Positions 19,531-29,896 of a stretch of 64,000 bases of DNA are shown piece by piece. The notes under the pieces were generated by a model, which did no database searches, had not been told where the DNA came from, and saw only the letters and a program-made list of their open reading frames with translations. The stretch's first letter is position 1; each line of letters starts with the position of its first letter. The translations under genes and the position numbers were made by a program. Origin of the DNA: Deferribacterales bacterium (GTDB taxonomy: Bacteria; Chrysiogenota; Deferribacteres; Deferribacterales; Geovibrionaceae); assembly GCA_050253075.1 (NCBI GenBank), contig JBFWJS010000001.1:256001-320000 (forward strand), written 5' to 3'.

Positions 19531-21183
19531 TCACTGTTCAAAGTGGTATTTCTGATTCTCTTTCTTTACCCACCACTTGTCCTGATTGTGCGTCAGTCCT
19601 GCGGGAGCGGGGGAGACATCCTCAAATCTTTTAGAGAGCGCAACAAGGGAATACGGCACATAGAGGAAAGTGTAAGGCTGATCCTCTGCCAGTATCTCCT
19701 GAGCTTTGTGGTAATAGACCTTTCTCTCTTCAGGGTCGAAGACCTTGCGGCCTTCGATGAGTAGCCTGTCCAGCTCTTCGTTTTTATAGCATATGAAGTT
19801 CAGCTTTCTGCCGCCGCAGTTGCCCGAATACCACACATCGTAGAGATCAGGGTCGTTTGTGATGTTCCATCCGAGAACAACAGCGTCGAACTTCTGTTTG
19901 TCTATGTATTCGTTGATGAAGGTAGCCCACTCGAGTATGCGGATATTAACCTTAACGCCGACCTTCGCCCAGCTCTGCTGGAGTGTTTCGCATATCTTTG
20001 TGCGGACAGTGTTCCCCTGATTTGTCATCAGTTCGAACTCGAAAGGCTTACCGTCTTTGTCTAGTATTCCGTCGCCGTTGCTGTCTGTATATCCTGCCTC
20101 GGCGAAGAGTGCTTTCGCTTTTTCAGGGCTGTATTCATACTTTTCCACATTGTCGTTATACCATATTGTCCCCGGTTTATAAGGGCCGTGGGCAGGTATG
20201 CCGAGGTCGAAGAGGATGCCTCTTACGATCTCTTCCTTTGGTGTGGCGTAAGTGAGAGCCTGACGGACACGTTTGTCGTCGAATGGTTTTTTCAGGTTGT
20301 TATACCCTACATATGTATAGCCGAAGCTGAGATAGTTATATTTGTCGTATGCGTCCGTGAATCTGGGGTTACTGTCTGTCTGCTTTGACCATTGCAGAGG
20401 TGTCAGCCCCATGACGTCTATCGCACCGTTTAAAAGCTCGAGAAATATAGTGGCGGTATCAGGGATGATCCTTGTCACCAGCCTGTCTATATAAGGACGG
20501 CCTTTGAAGTATTCGTCGTTGGCAGTGAGGGTGATGGATTCGCCCGCTTTCCACTCTTTGAATTTATATGGTCCCGTACCGACAGGCTCACGCAGCAGCG
20601 GAGACTTTGTCACGTCTACTCCGTCCAGCAGATGCTTCGGCAGCACGGCCATGCTCCAGCTTATCAGCGCAGGTGCAAAAGGCTCTTCGTAGCTGACCTT
20701 CACGGTATAATCGTCGAGAACTTCGAAGGATTTGACAAGGCGAAAGTCTGCGTCGTATGACGTAGGCGTCTTGTCGTCTATCATGAACTTATAGGTGAAC
20801 TCCACATCGGCAGCAGTAAAAGGCGCACCGTCGTGCCACTTCACACCTTTTCTCAGGTGGAACACGATGGTCTTCCCTTCGTTTGTGATATCCCAGCTTT
20901 CGGCCAGATCACCGACAATGTTCAGGTCCTTGTCGTATTCGACAAGTCCGCTGTATATCTTTGCGGCGACCTCATGCGAGGCGGAATCCGATGTGATGTT
21001 ATAAATGAGCCCTGTGGCATCCCCTATACTGGAGCTGACATAGGCATCACCGTTAACAGGCATACCGCTCTTTGATACGGCCTGTTTTTCTTTAGAAGCA
21101 GCTTTTTCAGCACCCTTTTCCCCGCTGTCCCCGCAACCGACGAGGGCGAGCATGAGGGCAAAGATAAAAAGCCTTATTATCAC
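19531..21183 (-). CDS. ABC peptide-binding lipoprotein (family 5)
   Basis: Lipobox LVGC; LRKGVKWHDG, PVGTGPY. Confidence 0.93.
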   Translation of the reverse strand: MIIRLFIFALMLALVGCGDSGEKGAEKAASKEKQAVSKSGMPVNGDAYVSSSIGDATGLIYNITSDSASHEVAAKIYSGLVEYDKDLNIVGDLAESWDITNEGKTIVFHLRKGVKWHDGAPFTAADVEFTYKFMIDDKTPTSYDADFRLVKSFEVLDDYTVKVSYEEPFAPALISWSMAVLPKHLLDGVDVTKSPLLREPVGTGPYKFKEWKAGESITLTANDEYFKGRPYIDRLVTRIIPDTATIFLELLNGAIDVMGLTPLQWSKQTDSNPRFTDAYDKYNYLSFGYTYVGYNNLKKPFDDKRVRQALTYATPKEEIVRGILFDLGIPAHGPYKPGTIWYNDNVEKYEYSPEKAKALFAEAGYTDSNGDGILDKDGKPFEFELMTNQGNTVRTKICETLQQSWAKVGVKVNIRILEWATFINEYIDKQKFDAVVLGWNITNDPDLYDVWYSGNCGGRKLNFICYKNEELDRLLIEGRKVFDPEERKVYYHKAQEILAEDQPYTFLYVPYSLVALSKRFEDVSPAPAGLTHNQDKWWVKKENQKYHFEQ

Positions 21184-21518
21184 TTCGACTCCGATGGAGC
21201 GATAGGCTGAGCAGGCTCAGCAGGCATAGCAGGAACAGACTGCTCAACAGCAGCGGGCTGCTGGAACTGGTCGATGACACTGTTTGTGCTCTTTTGTGTT
21301 GAAAGAATAGCAAGAAGCAGTGATGTCACCATGAAAAGGATAGCAACAACAGTCGTGATCCTGTTCATTATATTTACAGGTGTTCCGGGGCCGAATACAT
21401 CGCCCTGTCCGCCGCCGAAAGCAGCTCCGAGTGATGATCCCTTACCGGCCTGAAGAAGAACCGCAAGTATCAGTAAAAAGCAAACAAAAAGGTGCAGTGC
21501 AAGTATAATGGTATACAT
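21180..21518 (-). CDS. secG: Preprotein translocase SecG
   Basis: VLLQAGKG...AFGGG; follows tpiA. Confidence 0.93.
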   Translation of the reverse strand: MYTIILALHLFVCFLLILAVLLQAGKGSSLGAAFGGGQGDVFGPGTPVNIMNRITTVVAILFMVTSLLLAILSTQKSTNSVIDQFQQPAAVEQSVPAMPAEPAQPIAPSESK

Positions 21519-21531
21519 TCAAAATCTCCGT

Positions 21532-22293
21532 TTATCCGTTAAAATTTATTAGTTTTGCAAACGATGTGGCATCAAGGCTGGCTCCGCCGACCAATGCGCC
21601 GTCTATATTTTCTCTCATCATCAGTGCCGATACGTTGTCAGGCTTTACGCTGCCGCCATAGAGTATCCTCACCTTTTCGGCTACGACTGGACCATACATT
21701 TTAGCAAGGTGCATGCGTATCTTAGCGTGGATATCCTCGGCATCCGCAGGTGTAGCAGTCATGCCTGTGCCTATCGCCCATACGGGCTCATAAGCGAGCG
21801 TTATGTTGCTGATCCTGTCCATGCCGATATCTCTGAGCCCCATGCCCACCTGATACGTAACACGGTCAGCGGCAACACCGCTCTCTCTCTCCTCGAGTGT
21901 CTCGCCGACACAGAGGATGACGTTCAGTCTGTTTCTGAGAGCCGTTTTTACTTTTTCGTTTATAACTGCATCAGTCTCGCCGTAGAGGGTGCGCCTCTCG
22001 GAGTGTCCGAGGATAACGCTGTCTGCGCCTGTGGAGGCGACCATAGGTGCGCTCACTTCGCCGGTGAATGCGCCCTTCTCCTCTGCGGAGATATTCTGTG
22101 CAGAGACAGATATAGGGTATCCCATCTGTCTGATTGTTTCGGTAACTTTAGAAAGAGAGCAGAAATCAGGAGCTATACCCACGTCCACTTTTCCGTAGTC
22201 TATCTTGACGGAGAGGATAGAGCTGACAAGGTCGCACGATTCCTTCACGTCCAGATTCATTTTCCAGTTTCCGCAGATATATGGTTTTCTCAT
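21532..22293 (-). CDS. tpiA: Triosephosphate isomerase
   Basis: GNWKMN, GHSERR, AYEPVWAIGTG, LYGGSVK. Confidence 0.98.
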   Translation of the reverse strand: MRKPYICGNWKMNLDVKESCDLVSSILSVKIDYGKVDVGIAPDFCSLSKVTETIRQMGYPISVSAQNISAEEKGAFTGEVSAPMVASTGADSVILGHSERRTLYGETDAVINEKVKTALRNRLNVILCVGETLEERESGVAADRVTYQVGMGLRDIGMDRISNITLAYEPVWAIGTGMTATPADAEDIHAKIRMHLAKMYGPVVAEKVRILYGGSVKPDNVSALMMRENIDGALVGGASLDATSFAKLINFNG

Positions 22294-22296
22294 CTC

Positions 22297-22677
22297 TTAC
22301 TCCTCTTCAGCCGTATCCTTTATGGATGTGTGCGAAACGTTTCCGCCCATGGAGCAGTTACCGTTGAAGATAACGCCCTCTTCCACTTTGAAGATGGGAG
22401 TATTAACTGTACCTGTGACATACGCAGGTTTATAAAGTTCGACCTTTTCTTTGGCGTTGATAACGCCGTCGAATCTGCCGGAGATTTTAACATCTCCTGC
22501 TTCGATCTCAGCCTTAACATTTCCTGAGCCTGCGATAACGAGGGTGTCATCTGTTTTGATATTCCCCTCAAAGTTGCCGTCGATCCTGACAAGTCCGTCG
22601 AAGATAAGTGTTCCGTTAAAACTTGTATTCTTACCGAGGAAAGCGTCAATGCTGTTTGTATCTTTTGGTCCTTTCAT
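22297..22677 (-). CDS. Bactofilin (polymer-forming cytoskeletal protein, CcmA family)
   Basis: Beta-helix repeats RIDGNFEGNI, VTGTV, VEEGVIFNGNCSM. Confidence 0.9.
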   Translation of the reverse strand: MKGPKDTNSIDAFLGKNTSFNGTLIFDGLVRIDGNFEGNIKTDDTLVIAGSGNVKAEIEAGDVKISGRFDGVINAKEKVELYKPAYVTGTVNTPIFKVEEGVIFNGNCSMGGNVSHTSIKDTAEEE

Positions 22678-23523
22678 CTATTCCCCTCTGATTGTTTTTA
22701 TAATTCTGTCCAGATCATCATCACTGGAATACTTTATGGCAATCGTCCCGCCCTTTTTAGCAGGTTTTATCTCTATCTTAGTGCGGAAGAATTCCTCCAT
22801 CTCAGCAGCTAAGCTCATCACAAAGATGTTCTCGTCTTCCACTTTCTTATCCATGATCTTTTCACGCTCTTTCTTACTTACGAGCTTCTCCACATCACGG
22901 ACAGAAAGATTATTGTCTATTATTTTGAAAAGAATTTCAACAGCCTTCTTCTCGTCTAAGCCTATAAGAGCCCTTGCGTGTCCTTCGCTGATGAGGTTAT
23001 CCTCCAGCGCCATGATGATCTTCGACGGAAGAGAAAGCAGTCTGAGCGTGTTAGCCACTGCCGAGCGGCTCTTACCCACGACATCCGCCACGTCTTCCTG
23101 ACGGTAAGAGTGCGCATCCATAAGGTTCTTATACGCTCTAGCCAGTTCCAGCGGCCCGAGGTTCTCACGCTGAATGTTCTCTATCAGTGCGAGCTCCAGC
23201 TTCTCTGTCTCATGCTCTATTATGCGGACAACGGCAGGAACCCTGCGCAAACCGGCAAGCCCCGCAGCACGCCAGCGTCTTTCACCGGCGATGATAATGT
23301 ATTTCCCCTCTTCCTCGTGCGCCGTCAGAACAAGCGGCTGTATTACGCCGTTCTTTCTGATGGAATCAGTCAGTTCGGAAAGAGCTTCTTCATCAAAGAC
23401 CTTTCTAGGCTGGTCGGGGTTCGGTATGATATCTGCGATATCTATCTCATTCACTATGGTTCTGGTTTTTTCCGCTTTAGGGATAAGGCTTTCCAGCCCT
23501 TTACCTAATGTACTTTTTTTCAT
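22678..23523 (-). CDS. parB: Chromosome partitioning protein ParB
   Basis: LGKGLESLI, QPRK, IIAGERRWRA, ENIQRE, HTH. Confidence 0.96.
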   Translation of the reverse strand: MKKSTLGKGLESLIPKAEKTRTIVNEIDIADIIPNPDQPRKVFDEEALSELTDSIRKNGVIQPLVLTAHEEEGKYIIIAGERRWRAAGLAGLRRVPAVVRIIEHETEKLELALIENIQRENLGPLELARAYKNLMDAHSYRQEDVADVVGKSRSAVANTLRLLSLPSKIIMALEDNLISEGHARALIGLDEKKAVEILFKIIDNNLSVRDVEKLVSKKEREKIMDKKVEDENIFVMSLAAEMEEFFRTKIEIKPAKKGGTIAIKYSSDDDLDRIIKTIRGE

Positions 23524-24284
23524 GAAAGCCTCGCAAGCATCTCTTTAGCCAGCTCGATGTAGCTCGCTGCGCCTTTTGATTTTATATCATATTCGATGAT
23601 GGACTGACCAAAGCTGGGAGCCTCGGAGAGTCTTACATTTCGGGGGATAATTGTTTTGAATATATTGTCTGAGAGGTATTCTTCCACCTCTTTCTGCACT
23701 TCTTTAGAAAGGTTGTTCCTCGGGTCGAACATGGTGAGGAGTATCCCCTCCAGCTCGAGGTCTTCGTTCAGGCTCTCTCTTATGAGTCTAATAGTGTTCA
23801 GCAGCTGCCCCAGCCCCTCCATTGCGTAATACTCACACTGCAGAGGTATAAGGACGGAATCAGCCGCCGTAAGGGAGTTAATGGTGAGCAGTCCGAGGGA
23901 TGGCGGGCAATCTATCATGATCATATTATAATCATCTACAACGCCTGCGAGAGCCTTTTTCAGCTTTGTCTCACGGGACATCTCCGTAACAAGCTCCACC
24001 TCGGCAGCGGACAGATTTATATTGCCCGGGATAATGTCGAGGTTATCGACCTTTGTCGCACGGATAGTGCTCCTCGCATCTGCACGCCCTATTAAGACGT
24101 CATAGATAGATGCACAGTCGTCGGACAGCTCCACACCGAGACCGCTCGTTGCGTTCCCCTGCGGGTCCATATCGACCACGAGCACCTTCGCATCTGCGAA
24201 GCAAAGTGCCGAGCTCAGATTTATTGCGGTGGTGGTTTTTCCGACACCACCTTTCTGGTTTGCTATAGCGATGATTTTTCCCAT
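23520..24284 (-). CDS. parA: Chromosome partitioning ATPase ParA/Soj
   Basis: NQKGGVGKTT, DPQGN, IDCPP, PRNVRLSEAPS. Confidence 0.96.
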   Translation of the reverse strand: MGKIIAIANQKGGVGKTTTAINLSSALCFADAKVLVVDMDPQGNATSGLGVELSDDCASIYDVLIGRADARSTIRATKVDNLDIIPGNINLSAAEVELVTEMSRETKLKKALAGVVDDYNMIMIDCPPSLGLLTINSLTAADSVLIPLQCEYYAMEGLGQLLNTIRLIRESLNEDLELEGILLTMFDPRNNLSKEVQKEVEEYLSDNIFKTIIPRNVRLSEAPSFGQSIIEYDIKSKGAASYIELAKEMLARLS

Positions 24285-24345
24285 AGAACCCTCAGATTAA
24301 TAAATAAATAGCTAAAAATCAATAAAGGTTTATTAAAGCTCTCAT

Positions 24346-25158
24346 TTATTTATAACTTTTAAATTTGTCTATCAAAACCGTAACAAAAAAGCAGGCTGCG
24401 GAAACAGCTATTATGCTGGCCCCCGAGGTAAGGTTGAAGAAATATGAGAGCAGCAGCCCCGTGATGGAAAACAGGAGAGAAAACACAGTAGACCAGACCA
24501 TCATACCCTTCAGAGATGCAGAACGCTTCTCCGCTATATACGGCGGGATGGTCAGCATGGAGATGACGAGTATCAGTCCCACCACACGTATCAGCATCAC
24601 AACAGCCAGAGCAGACATCACCAACATAGAGATGTATATGAGGTCGGAACGGACGCCCATGCTGGATGCAAACTCGCTGTCGAAGCTGACTGCGTGTATC
24701 TCTCTGTAGAGAGCTAAAATATATACAATGATAACGGCGTCAAGCACCGCCATATAAACTATGTCGCTGAACGGAACCGAAAGAATACTGCCGAATAAGT
24801 AGCTCATCAGGTCGACATTATACCCGGGGGTGAGATCCATAAGGATTATCCCCACCGCCATGCCGAATGCCCACATAGCACCTATCACTGTGTCTGCACG
24901 GTGCTTTGTATGCATAGTGATGAAAGCCATTATAACTGCGGAAACAACGGCAAATACACCCGCACCCAGTATGGGCGACAGCCCGAGGAAAAATGCGAGA
25001 CCTATACCGCCGTAGGCAGTGTGTGCTATACCGCCCGAGATGAAGACTATCCTGTTCACCACAACAAGACTGCCTATGATACCGCATGCGACAGATGCCA
25101 GAATGGCAGCTACCAGAGCATTCTGCATGAAACCGTATGTAAGTATATCAGATATCAA
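24346..25158 (-). CDS. znuB: Zn/Mn ABC permease (ZnuB family)
   Basis: GIAHTAYGG, YLFGSIL. Confidence 0.88.
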   Translation of the reverse strand: MISDILTYGFMQNALVAAILASVACGIIGSLVVVNRIVFISGGIAHTAYGGIGLAFFLGLSPILGAGVFAVVSAVIMAFITMHTKHRADTVIGAMWAFGMAVGIILMDLTPGYNVDLMSYLFGSILSVPFSDIVYMAVLDAVIIVYILALYREIHAVSFDSEFASSMGVRSDLIYISMLVMSALAVVMLIRVVGLILVISMLTIPPYIAEKRSASLKGMMVWSTVFSLLFSITGLLLSYFFNLTSGASIIAVSAACFFVTVLIDKFKSYK

Positions 25159-25922
25159 TGCTTGTGCTCCTTCAGCACCCTGTGCGGATGCCCGTGGGCG
25201 ATGAGTTCTATCGGACAGCCCTCTACAGAGCCGTATGCGGCGTTTATCATATCATCCGTGATCTCGGCCTCGTCGTGCTTGTGCACGCTTCCGCTGACAC
25301 ATGCCACAGATGTTGCGTATTTCGGTATTATCGCAGTGTCGTGGCTGATGACGACGACTGTTATCTCTTTATTAAGCTCGGCGAGCAGGTCGAATATGCG
25401 GGTCTGCCCCTTCATGTCTACATTAGATGCGGGCTCGTCAAGGAAGAGGAGCTCGGGCTCTATGGCGAGGGCTCTTGCCATCAGCACACGCTGACGCTGC
25501 CCTCCCGAAAGGTCGTCCATCTTTTTATCTGCCACAGCCAGAAGAGACATCTCGTCGAGTATCTTATCCACAAATGTGCGGTCTTCGGCCTTTGTCGTCC
25601 CCTTTTTAGTCAGTACACGCCCCATCATGGCGGCCTCACGCACTGTCAGAGGGAATCCCCGCCCGGCTGAAACATCCTGAGGCACATAGCCTATCTTTCT
25701 CGATGTTCCCGGTTTTTTACCAAACACGGACACTTTTCCGCTGTCGGGTTTCAGTATGCCGAGCAGTATCTTAAGCAGAGTGCTCTTCCCGCCTCCGTTC
25801 GGACCGATAACAGCGAGAAACTCGCCCTTATTGATGTCGAAGGAGACATTCTTCAGCACTTTTACCTGACCATATGAGAAATTCAGATTTTCAACAGTGA
25901 CGATCTTTTCCGGTGAAATCAA
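25155..25922 (-). CDS. znuC: Zn/Mn ABC ATPase (ZnuC family)
   Basis: [20 protein letters not shown], His-rich tail [13 protein letters not shown]. Confidence 0.88.
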   Translation of the reverse strand: MISPEKIVTVENLNFSYGQVKVLKNVSFDINKGEFLAVIGPNGGGKSTLLKILLGILKPDSGKVSVFGKKPGTSRKIGYVPQDVSAGRGFPLTVREAAMMGRVLTKKGTTKAEDRTFVDKILDEMSLLAVADKKMDDLSGGQRQRVLMARALAIEPELLFLDEPASNVDMKGQTRIFDLLAELNKEITVVVISHDTAIIPKYATSVACVSGSVHKHDEAEITDDMINAAYGSVEGCPIELIAHGHPHRVLKEHKH

Positions 25923-25946
25923 TGTATGCTACCTGCCGATGTAAGT

Positions 25947-25969
25947 ATGATATAACTCTATTACACTTC
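25947..25969 (-). promoter_or_regulatory. Possible Zur-like box upstream of znuC
   Basis: GAAGTGTAATAGAGTTATATCAT: good left half, imperfect right half. Confidence 0.3.
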
Positions 25970-26004
25970 AGTATGGCACACAACTGTTTTATCCGAGAAA
26001 GATA

Positions 26005-27324
26005 TCATGCTGCAATGGATGTATGTTTTTTAGGAGTATCCTTAACTTTGCGCCTGCGTTTTTCTGTCCTGCTGTAGAACATTTCCATTTTACCGTAGTT
26101 CGGTTCTTCGGTGAACTTGAACATACCGCATGCAAAGTAATAGAACAGGTCTGTCCACCATTCCTTCATGAACTGTCTGTCGCCGAGGAACATCTTTATC
26201 ACTTTCAGCGGATGACGAAAAAATTCCGCCAGAGGCCCCGTCTGGTTCGACGGATCACGGAAACACTCCCAGTCGCACAGCTTGCATTCGGGCTTTTCCT
26301 TTATCTTCCTTGTGTTCAGCTCTTCGTAAGGCCCCATGTCGCAGGCAGCACGGAAACCGCACGGGAATGCGTGTCCGCCGGAGCTCTCCACGAAAAAGTA
26401 GTCTATACCGCCGTAGCAGGCAAACCCCGCATCCTTCACTCCGCTGTATTGACGCACCAGCATCATCAGCGAACTGCGTGGGGTGAATATGCGTATGCGT
26501 CCCCTGTATTCGGGGATGGTGTCGTACATAGCTTTGAAAAGGTAGTGCTTCTCCGTGTCGTTATAGCTGACTATATCGTCCACGGACTCAGCCTTATACA
26601 CGGCGTCCCCCTGCATGCTCATAGGGTAGCAGGCATTCGCAATGGTGAAGCCCATCCCTGCGGCAAATTCATAGAAACGTCTGAAACCTTCTCTGTATGC
26701 TTCATAAAACTCTATCTTCTCCTCTTCGGAGCTTTCGGAGTTTATACTTATCTTCTCTTTCACTATCGTGCGGTTTATCCCCAGATTCGCCGAGGGGAAT
26801 ATCCCCTCCTCTCTGAAGACGAGCAGAGCAGTTCGGATGCCGTCTATCACTCCGTCCAGCCCTCTGTTCTTCTCATGCTCCATTATGTCCCACGTGTCGA
26901 GGCTGATCCAGAAGGTGTAAAGCCCGCTCTTTTTCAGCTCGTGGGCAAATTTACGCATTTTTTCCACATACCCGGGTGTACTGCTGTTGCGAAACATGAA
27001 TCCGTTCGTCCCTGTGCGGATGTAGGGTATCCCCTTTTTATGCCCGTGCTTTATGCAGTCCATCAGGTCTTTCTGAAACATGAACGGCTCGCCCCCTGTG
27101 AAGGAGAGCGCCTTTACCCTGTTCTTCGCCGCACGGTCTATGATGCGCTTCATGTCTTCGGTCTTCAGCCTTGTCCGCTCGAATTTCTCCTGCTTTCTCA
27201 TCCCACACTGCGGGCACGTGGCATTGCAGAAATCCGTGGTCTGTATGATGAGCTGACCGGGTGTCCTCCCGCGCATCAGCGCAGGCAGATTAACAGCCAG
27301 ATCCTTTATAAATCCTATCCCCAT
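26005..27324 (-). CDS. Radical SAM enzyme with Cys-rich C-terminal (SPASM/Twitch-like) region
   Basis: CNATCPQC, SFTGGEP, TNG; C-terminal ACYGG, FPCG, CKLCDWECFRDP; ATG immediately after the upstream gene's stop. Confidence 0.9.
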   Translation of the reverse strand: MGIGFIKDLAVNLPALMRGRTPGQLIIQTTDFCNATCPQCGMRKQEKFERTRLKTEDMKRIIDRAAKNRVKALSFTGGEPFMFQKDLMDCIKHGHKKGIPYIRTGTNGFMFRNSSTPGYVEKMRKFAHELKKSGLYTFWISLDTWDIMEHEKNRGLDGVIDGIRTALLVFREEGIFPSANLGINRTIVKEKISINSESSEEEKIEFYEAYREGFRRFYEFAAGMGFTIANACYPMSMQGDAVYKAESVDDIVSYNDTEKHYLFKAMYDTIPEYRGRIRIFTPRSSLMMLVRQYSGVKDAGFACYGGIDYFFVESSGGHAFPCGFRAACDMGPYEELNTRKIKEKPECKLCDWECFRDPSNQTGPLAEFFRHPLKVIKMFLGDRQFMKEWWTDLFYYFACGMFKFTEEPNYGKMEMFYSRTEKRRRKVKDTPKKHTSIAA

Positions 27325-27325
27325 T

Positions 27326-29719
27326 CTATACCGCCAGTTTGGTGCTTGTGAGCGGGTGAGTCTCCTCACTTTTCGCTCTCTCTGTGAATAGATCCTCCAG
27401 AACCACATCCCAGTTGAAATTAGCTAAGACACGCTCTCTGGCGTTTCCGCAAAGCTGGTCAAATGCGTCTCTGTTTGTCTGATACATCTTTATCATTTCT
27501 TCCAGTTTCATGAACCAGTCCTGAAAATCGTCAGCCTTGGCCACATATCCCGTGACCCTGTCTTTTATTATCTCTTTCGGCCCGCCCATGTTGGAGACCA
27601 GTGCGGGGAGTCCGCACGCCTGAGATTCCAGCACTACCATGCCGAAGGTATCCGTATTGCTCGGGAAGATGAACATGTCTGCATCTGCGTATACCTCTGG
27701 CATACGGCTGTGGTCGAGCTCGCCTCTTATGTCTATGTTCTCCCTCCCTGCTGCCCACTTTTCCACAGTTTCGCTGTATGGGCCGTGGCCTGCTATGATG
27801 AGGTTTATCTCGTGCTTGCGCTCCATCTCGTCGAACAGACGCATGAGAAAGTCAAAGTTCTTATCCTTTGAGACACGTCCTCCGTAGCAGAGGGTGAACG
27901 GAGTATCCGTCTTTTTATCCACGGGGCGGAAGAGCTTCGTGTCTATACCTCTGCGGAAGACGCTCATTTTATGTCTGCCGATGCCTCTGTTTTCGAGGTA
28001 GTCCATGTATTGCTCGGATGTGGTCTTCAGCTCTGTCACAGAGTCAAAGAACCATCTGGTATACCACTCCACAAGGTTTGTGAGGGAGTCGTTCTTCGCT
28101 ATCTCGTGCACTTCCCCAGTGAAGTCCGTGTGATATATCCCCGTACTCTTCACAGACAGCAGTCTGCTGGCGAGCAGTCCCACCAGCCCCACAGGGCCGG
28201 GTGTGGAGATGTATACCTCGTCAGGCTCGAAGTCGTATATGTCCTCAAGTGCCGCTATGACGGAAGGTATCTTGATGTGCAGTTTTTCATAGTAAGGCAG
28301 CTTGAATGATGTCACGGGTTTCAGGTTCATAAGGTTTGCGGGTATCCTGTGGTCGAGCTCTTCGGGCAGGAGTGAGGAGACCAGCTTAAGGTCGTAACCC
28401 TTTTCGTCTGCCAGCCTGCCTATGGTTCGGAGTGTCACGGACACGCCGTTCAGGTCGTTTATGGTATCGGTGAACCACAGTATGCGCTTCCTGCGGGGGG
28501 CAGTGCTGTAGTTGTATTTATCATTAAGCTCGCCGAGGAGCTCTCTGTCTTTGTATATCTGGTTGAAAGAGCTGAAGAACGGTATGGAAACGAACATCCC
28601 CGGCAGTGCCGTGGTCAGGCTGTGGTACAGGTCGTCCATGCTGATGTCGTTTATGTCCTTTGCGAGGTTAGACGCCATCATGCGGAAGTATTCGTCTGCT
28701 ATGTCCGATGCCTTTCTGTATACCATGTTCAGCTTGTGCTCGATGTTGTCGAAGGTCTCGGTGCTCATCTCCTCCACCAGCTCCGCCAGCATAACGTTTA
28801 TCTTATTCCCTCTGCTCTCGGATTTCATCTTGAAGCCCTTCATTTTTATGCGCTCGATGAGGTTTGGCTTTTCCTGTTCGAAGATGTACTTTGTTATCTT
28901 GCTGAACAGACCGCCTGCGAAGTGCACGCTCTTCTTCGTGCGGGAAAAGTCGTATGCGATCTTATAAACAGTGAACGCCAGAGAGTGAAAGTCGGAGTAT
29001 CTCCCTGAGTGACGGCACTCTTTATTACGCAGTCTTTCAAGGTATTCCTGCGGGCTTTCCGCTCTGGTGAGGGTATATGTTTTCCCGAGAAAGAGCCCTG
29101 CGTGGTCGTCTGACCCGGCGGTGAAGCCCTTCACCCACGGATTATTACTCATGGGCTCTATGCGGTATCTGGTATAGAGATTCTCCATCGTCAGCGGTGT
29201 CAGGTTTTCGAGGGTGCGCACCCATGTTGTGTTGTGCAGTTTCCCTCTGCCTCCGTTTATCCCTTCGAAAACATCGAAGAGGAGCATCAGCTTTTCAAGG
29301 TGGTGGAGCTGAAGCCTGCCGTTCACGCTGAATGTGGCGTGGGCTACGGAATATGCTATGCCGTTCGCCTTTATATAGTCTCTGAATGCGTATATATCTT
29401 TTCTCAGCCTGTCCAGCTCCTCGAACTGCTCACGGGTGAAGCCGAAGCAGAGGATGTGCACCTTGCACCCGTCTTCGGGGAAATAGACTGTGAACTCTGT
29501 GCCTGTGAATGTATCTTCGGGATACTTCTGTGTGAGATACCATGATGCTTCCATATTGTTATGGTCGGTTATGGTTACAAAATCCATCCCTCTGCTCTTT
29601 GCAGTTTTATAAATAAAATCGGGCTCCGTATACGACTCCGCCGCTCCGATCCTCTGAAGGAACCATTCAGACGGGTGTTTCGAAAATTTTGAGTGGCAGT
29701 GCAGGTCTGCTTGAGCCAT
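27326..29719 (-). CDS. PHP phosphoesterase domain fused to GT4 glycosyltransferase
   Basis: N-terminal DLHCHS, TITDHN, GTE, EGING, GSDDH; C-terminal YHTDF, GRVSKDKN, FPSNTDTFGMVVLES; GAGGT SD before ATG 29719. Confidence 0.9.
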   Translation of the reverse strand: MAQADLHCHSKFSKHPSEWFLQRIGAAESYTEPDFIYKTAKSRGMDFVTITDHNNMEASWYLTQKYPEDTFTGTEFTVYFPEDGCKVHILCFGFTREQFEELDRLRKDIYAFRDYIKANGIAYSVAHATFSVNGRLQLHHLEKLMLLFDVFEGINGGRGKLHNTTWVRTLENLTPLTMENLYTRYRIEPMSNNPWVKGFTAGSDDHAGLFLGKTYTLTRAESPQEYLERLRNKECRHSGRYSDFHSLAFTVYKIAYDFSRTKKSVHFAGGLFSKITKYIFEQEKPNLIERIKMKGFKMKSESRGNKINVMLAELVEEMSTETFDNIEHKLNMVYRKASDIADEYFRMMASNLAKDINDISMDDLYHSLTTALPGMFVSIPFFSSFNQIYKDRELLGELNDKYNYSTAPRRKRILWFTDTINDLNGVSVTLRTIGRLADEKGYDLKLVSSLLPEELDHRIPANLMNLKPVTSFKLPYYEKLHIKIPSVIAALEDIYDFEPDEVYISTPGPVGLVGLLASRLLSVKSTGIYHTDFTGEVHEIAKNDSLTNLVEWYTRWFFDSVTELKTTSEQYMDYLENRGIGRHKMSVFRRGIDTKLFRPVDKKTDTPFTLCYGGRVSKDKNFDFLMRLFDEMERKHEINLIIAGHGPYSETVEKWAAGRENIDIRGELDHSRMPEVYADADMFIFPSNTDTFGMVVLESQACGLPALVSNMGGPKEIIKDRVTGYVAKADDFQDWFMKLEEMIKMYQTNRDAFDQLCGNARERVLANFNWDVVLEDLFTERAKSEETHPLTSTKLAV

Positions 29720-29744
29720 TATGCTACCTCGCTTGGTTTTACAC

Positions 29745-29852
29745 GTCACTGCGAGCGCAGCGCGGCAGTCTTCCAAATGAAGATGAAAGCGAAACAAGTT
29801 CGCTATTCTCACTTCGTTCGAAAGCTTCACCCTGTTCAGGGTTCGCAATGAC
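29745..29852. repeat. Palindromic interspersed repeat (GTCAyTGCGA...TCGCAATGAC)
   Basis: Terminal inverted repeats plus internal hairpins; same 3' end at 40649 and 44490. Confidence 0.75.
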
Positions 29853-29896
29853 ATATTGTATTCATTACTATTTTCCTTTTATCTATATGCCCGCCA

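Noticed and set aside
25974..25990. TGGCAC as a sigma54 promoter
   Set aside because: No GC at -12 and no plus-strand gene downstream
26023..27351. 442-aa plus-strand ORF
   Set aside because: Shadow of the radical SAM gene
29720..29854. 45-aa N-terminal extension of the PHP-GT ORF
   Set aside because: Consists largely of the palindromic repeat; the SD supports ATG 29719
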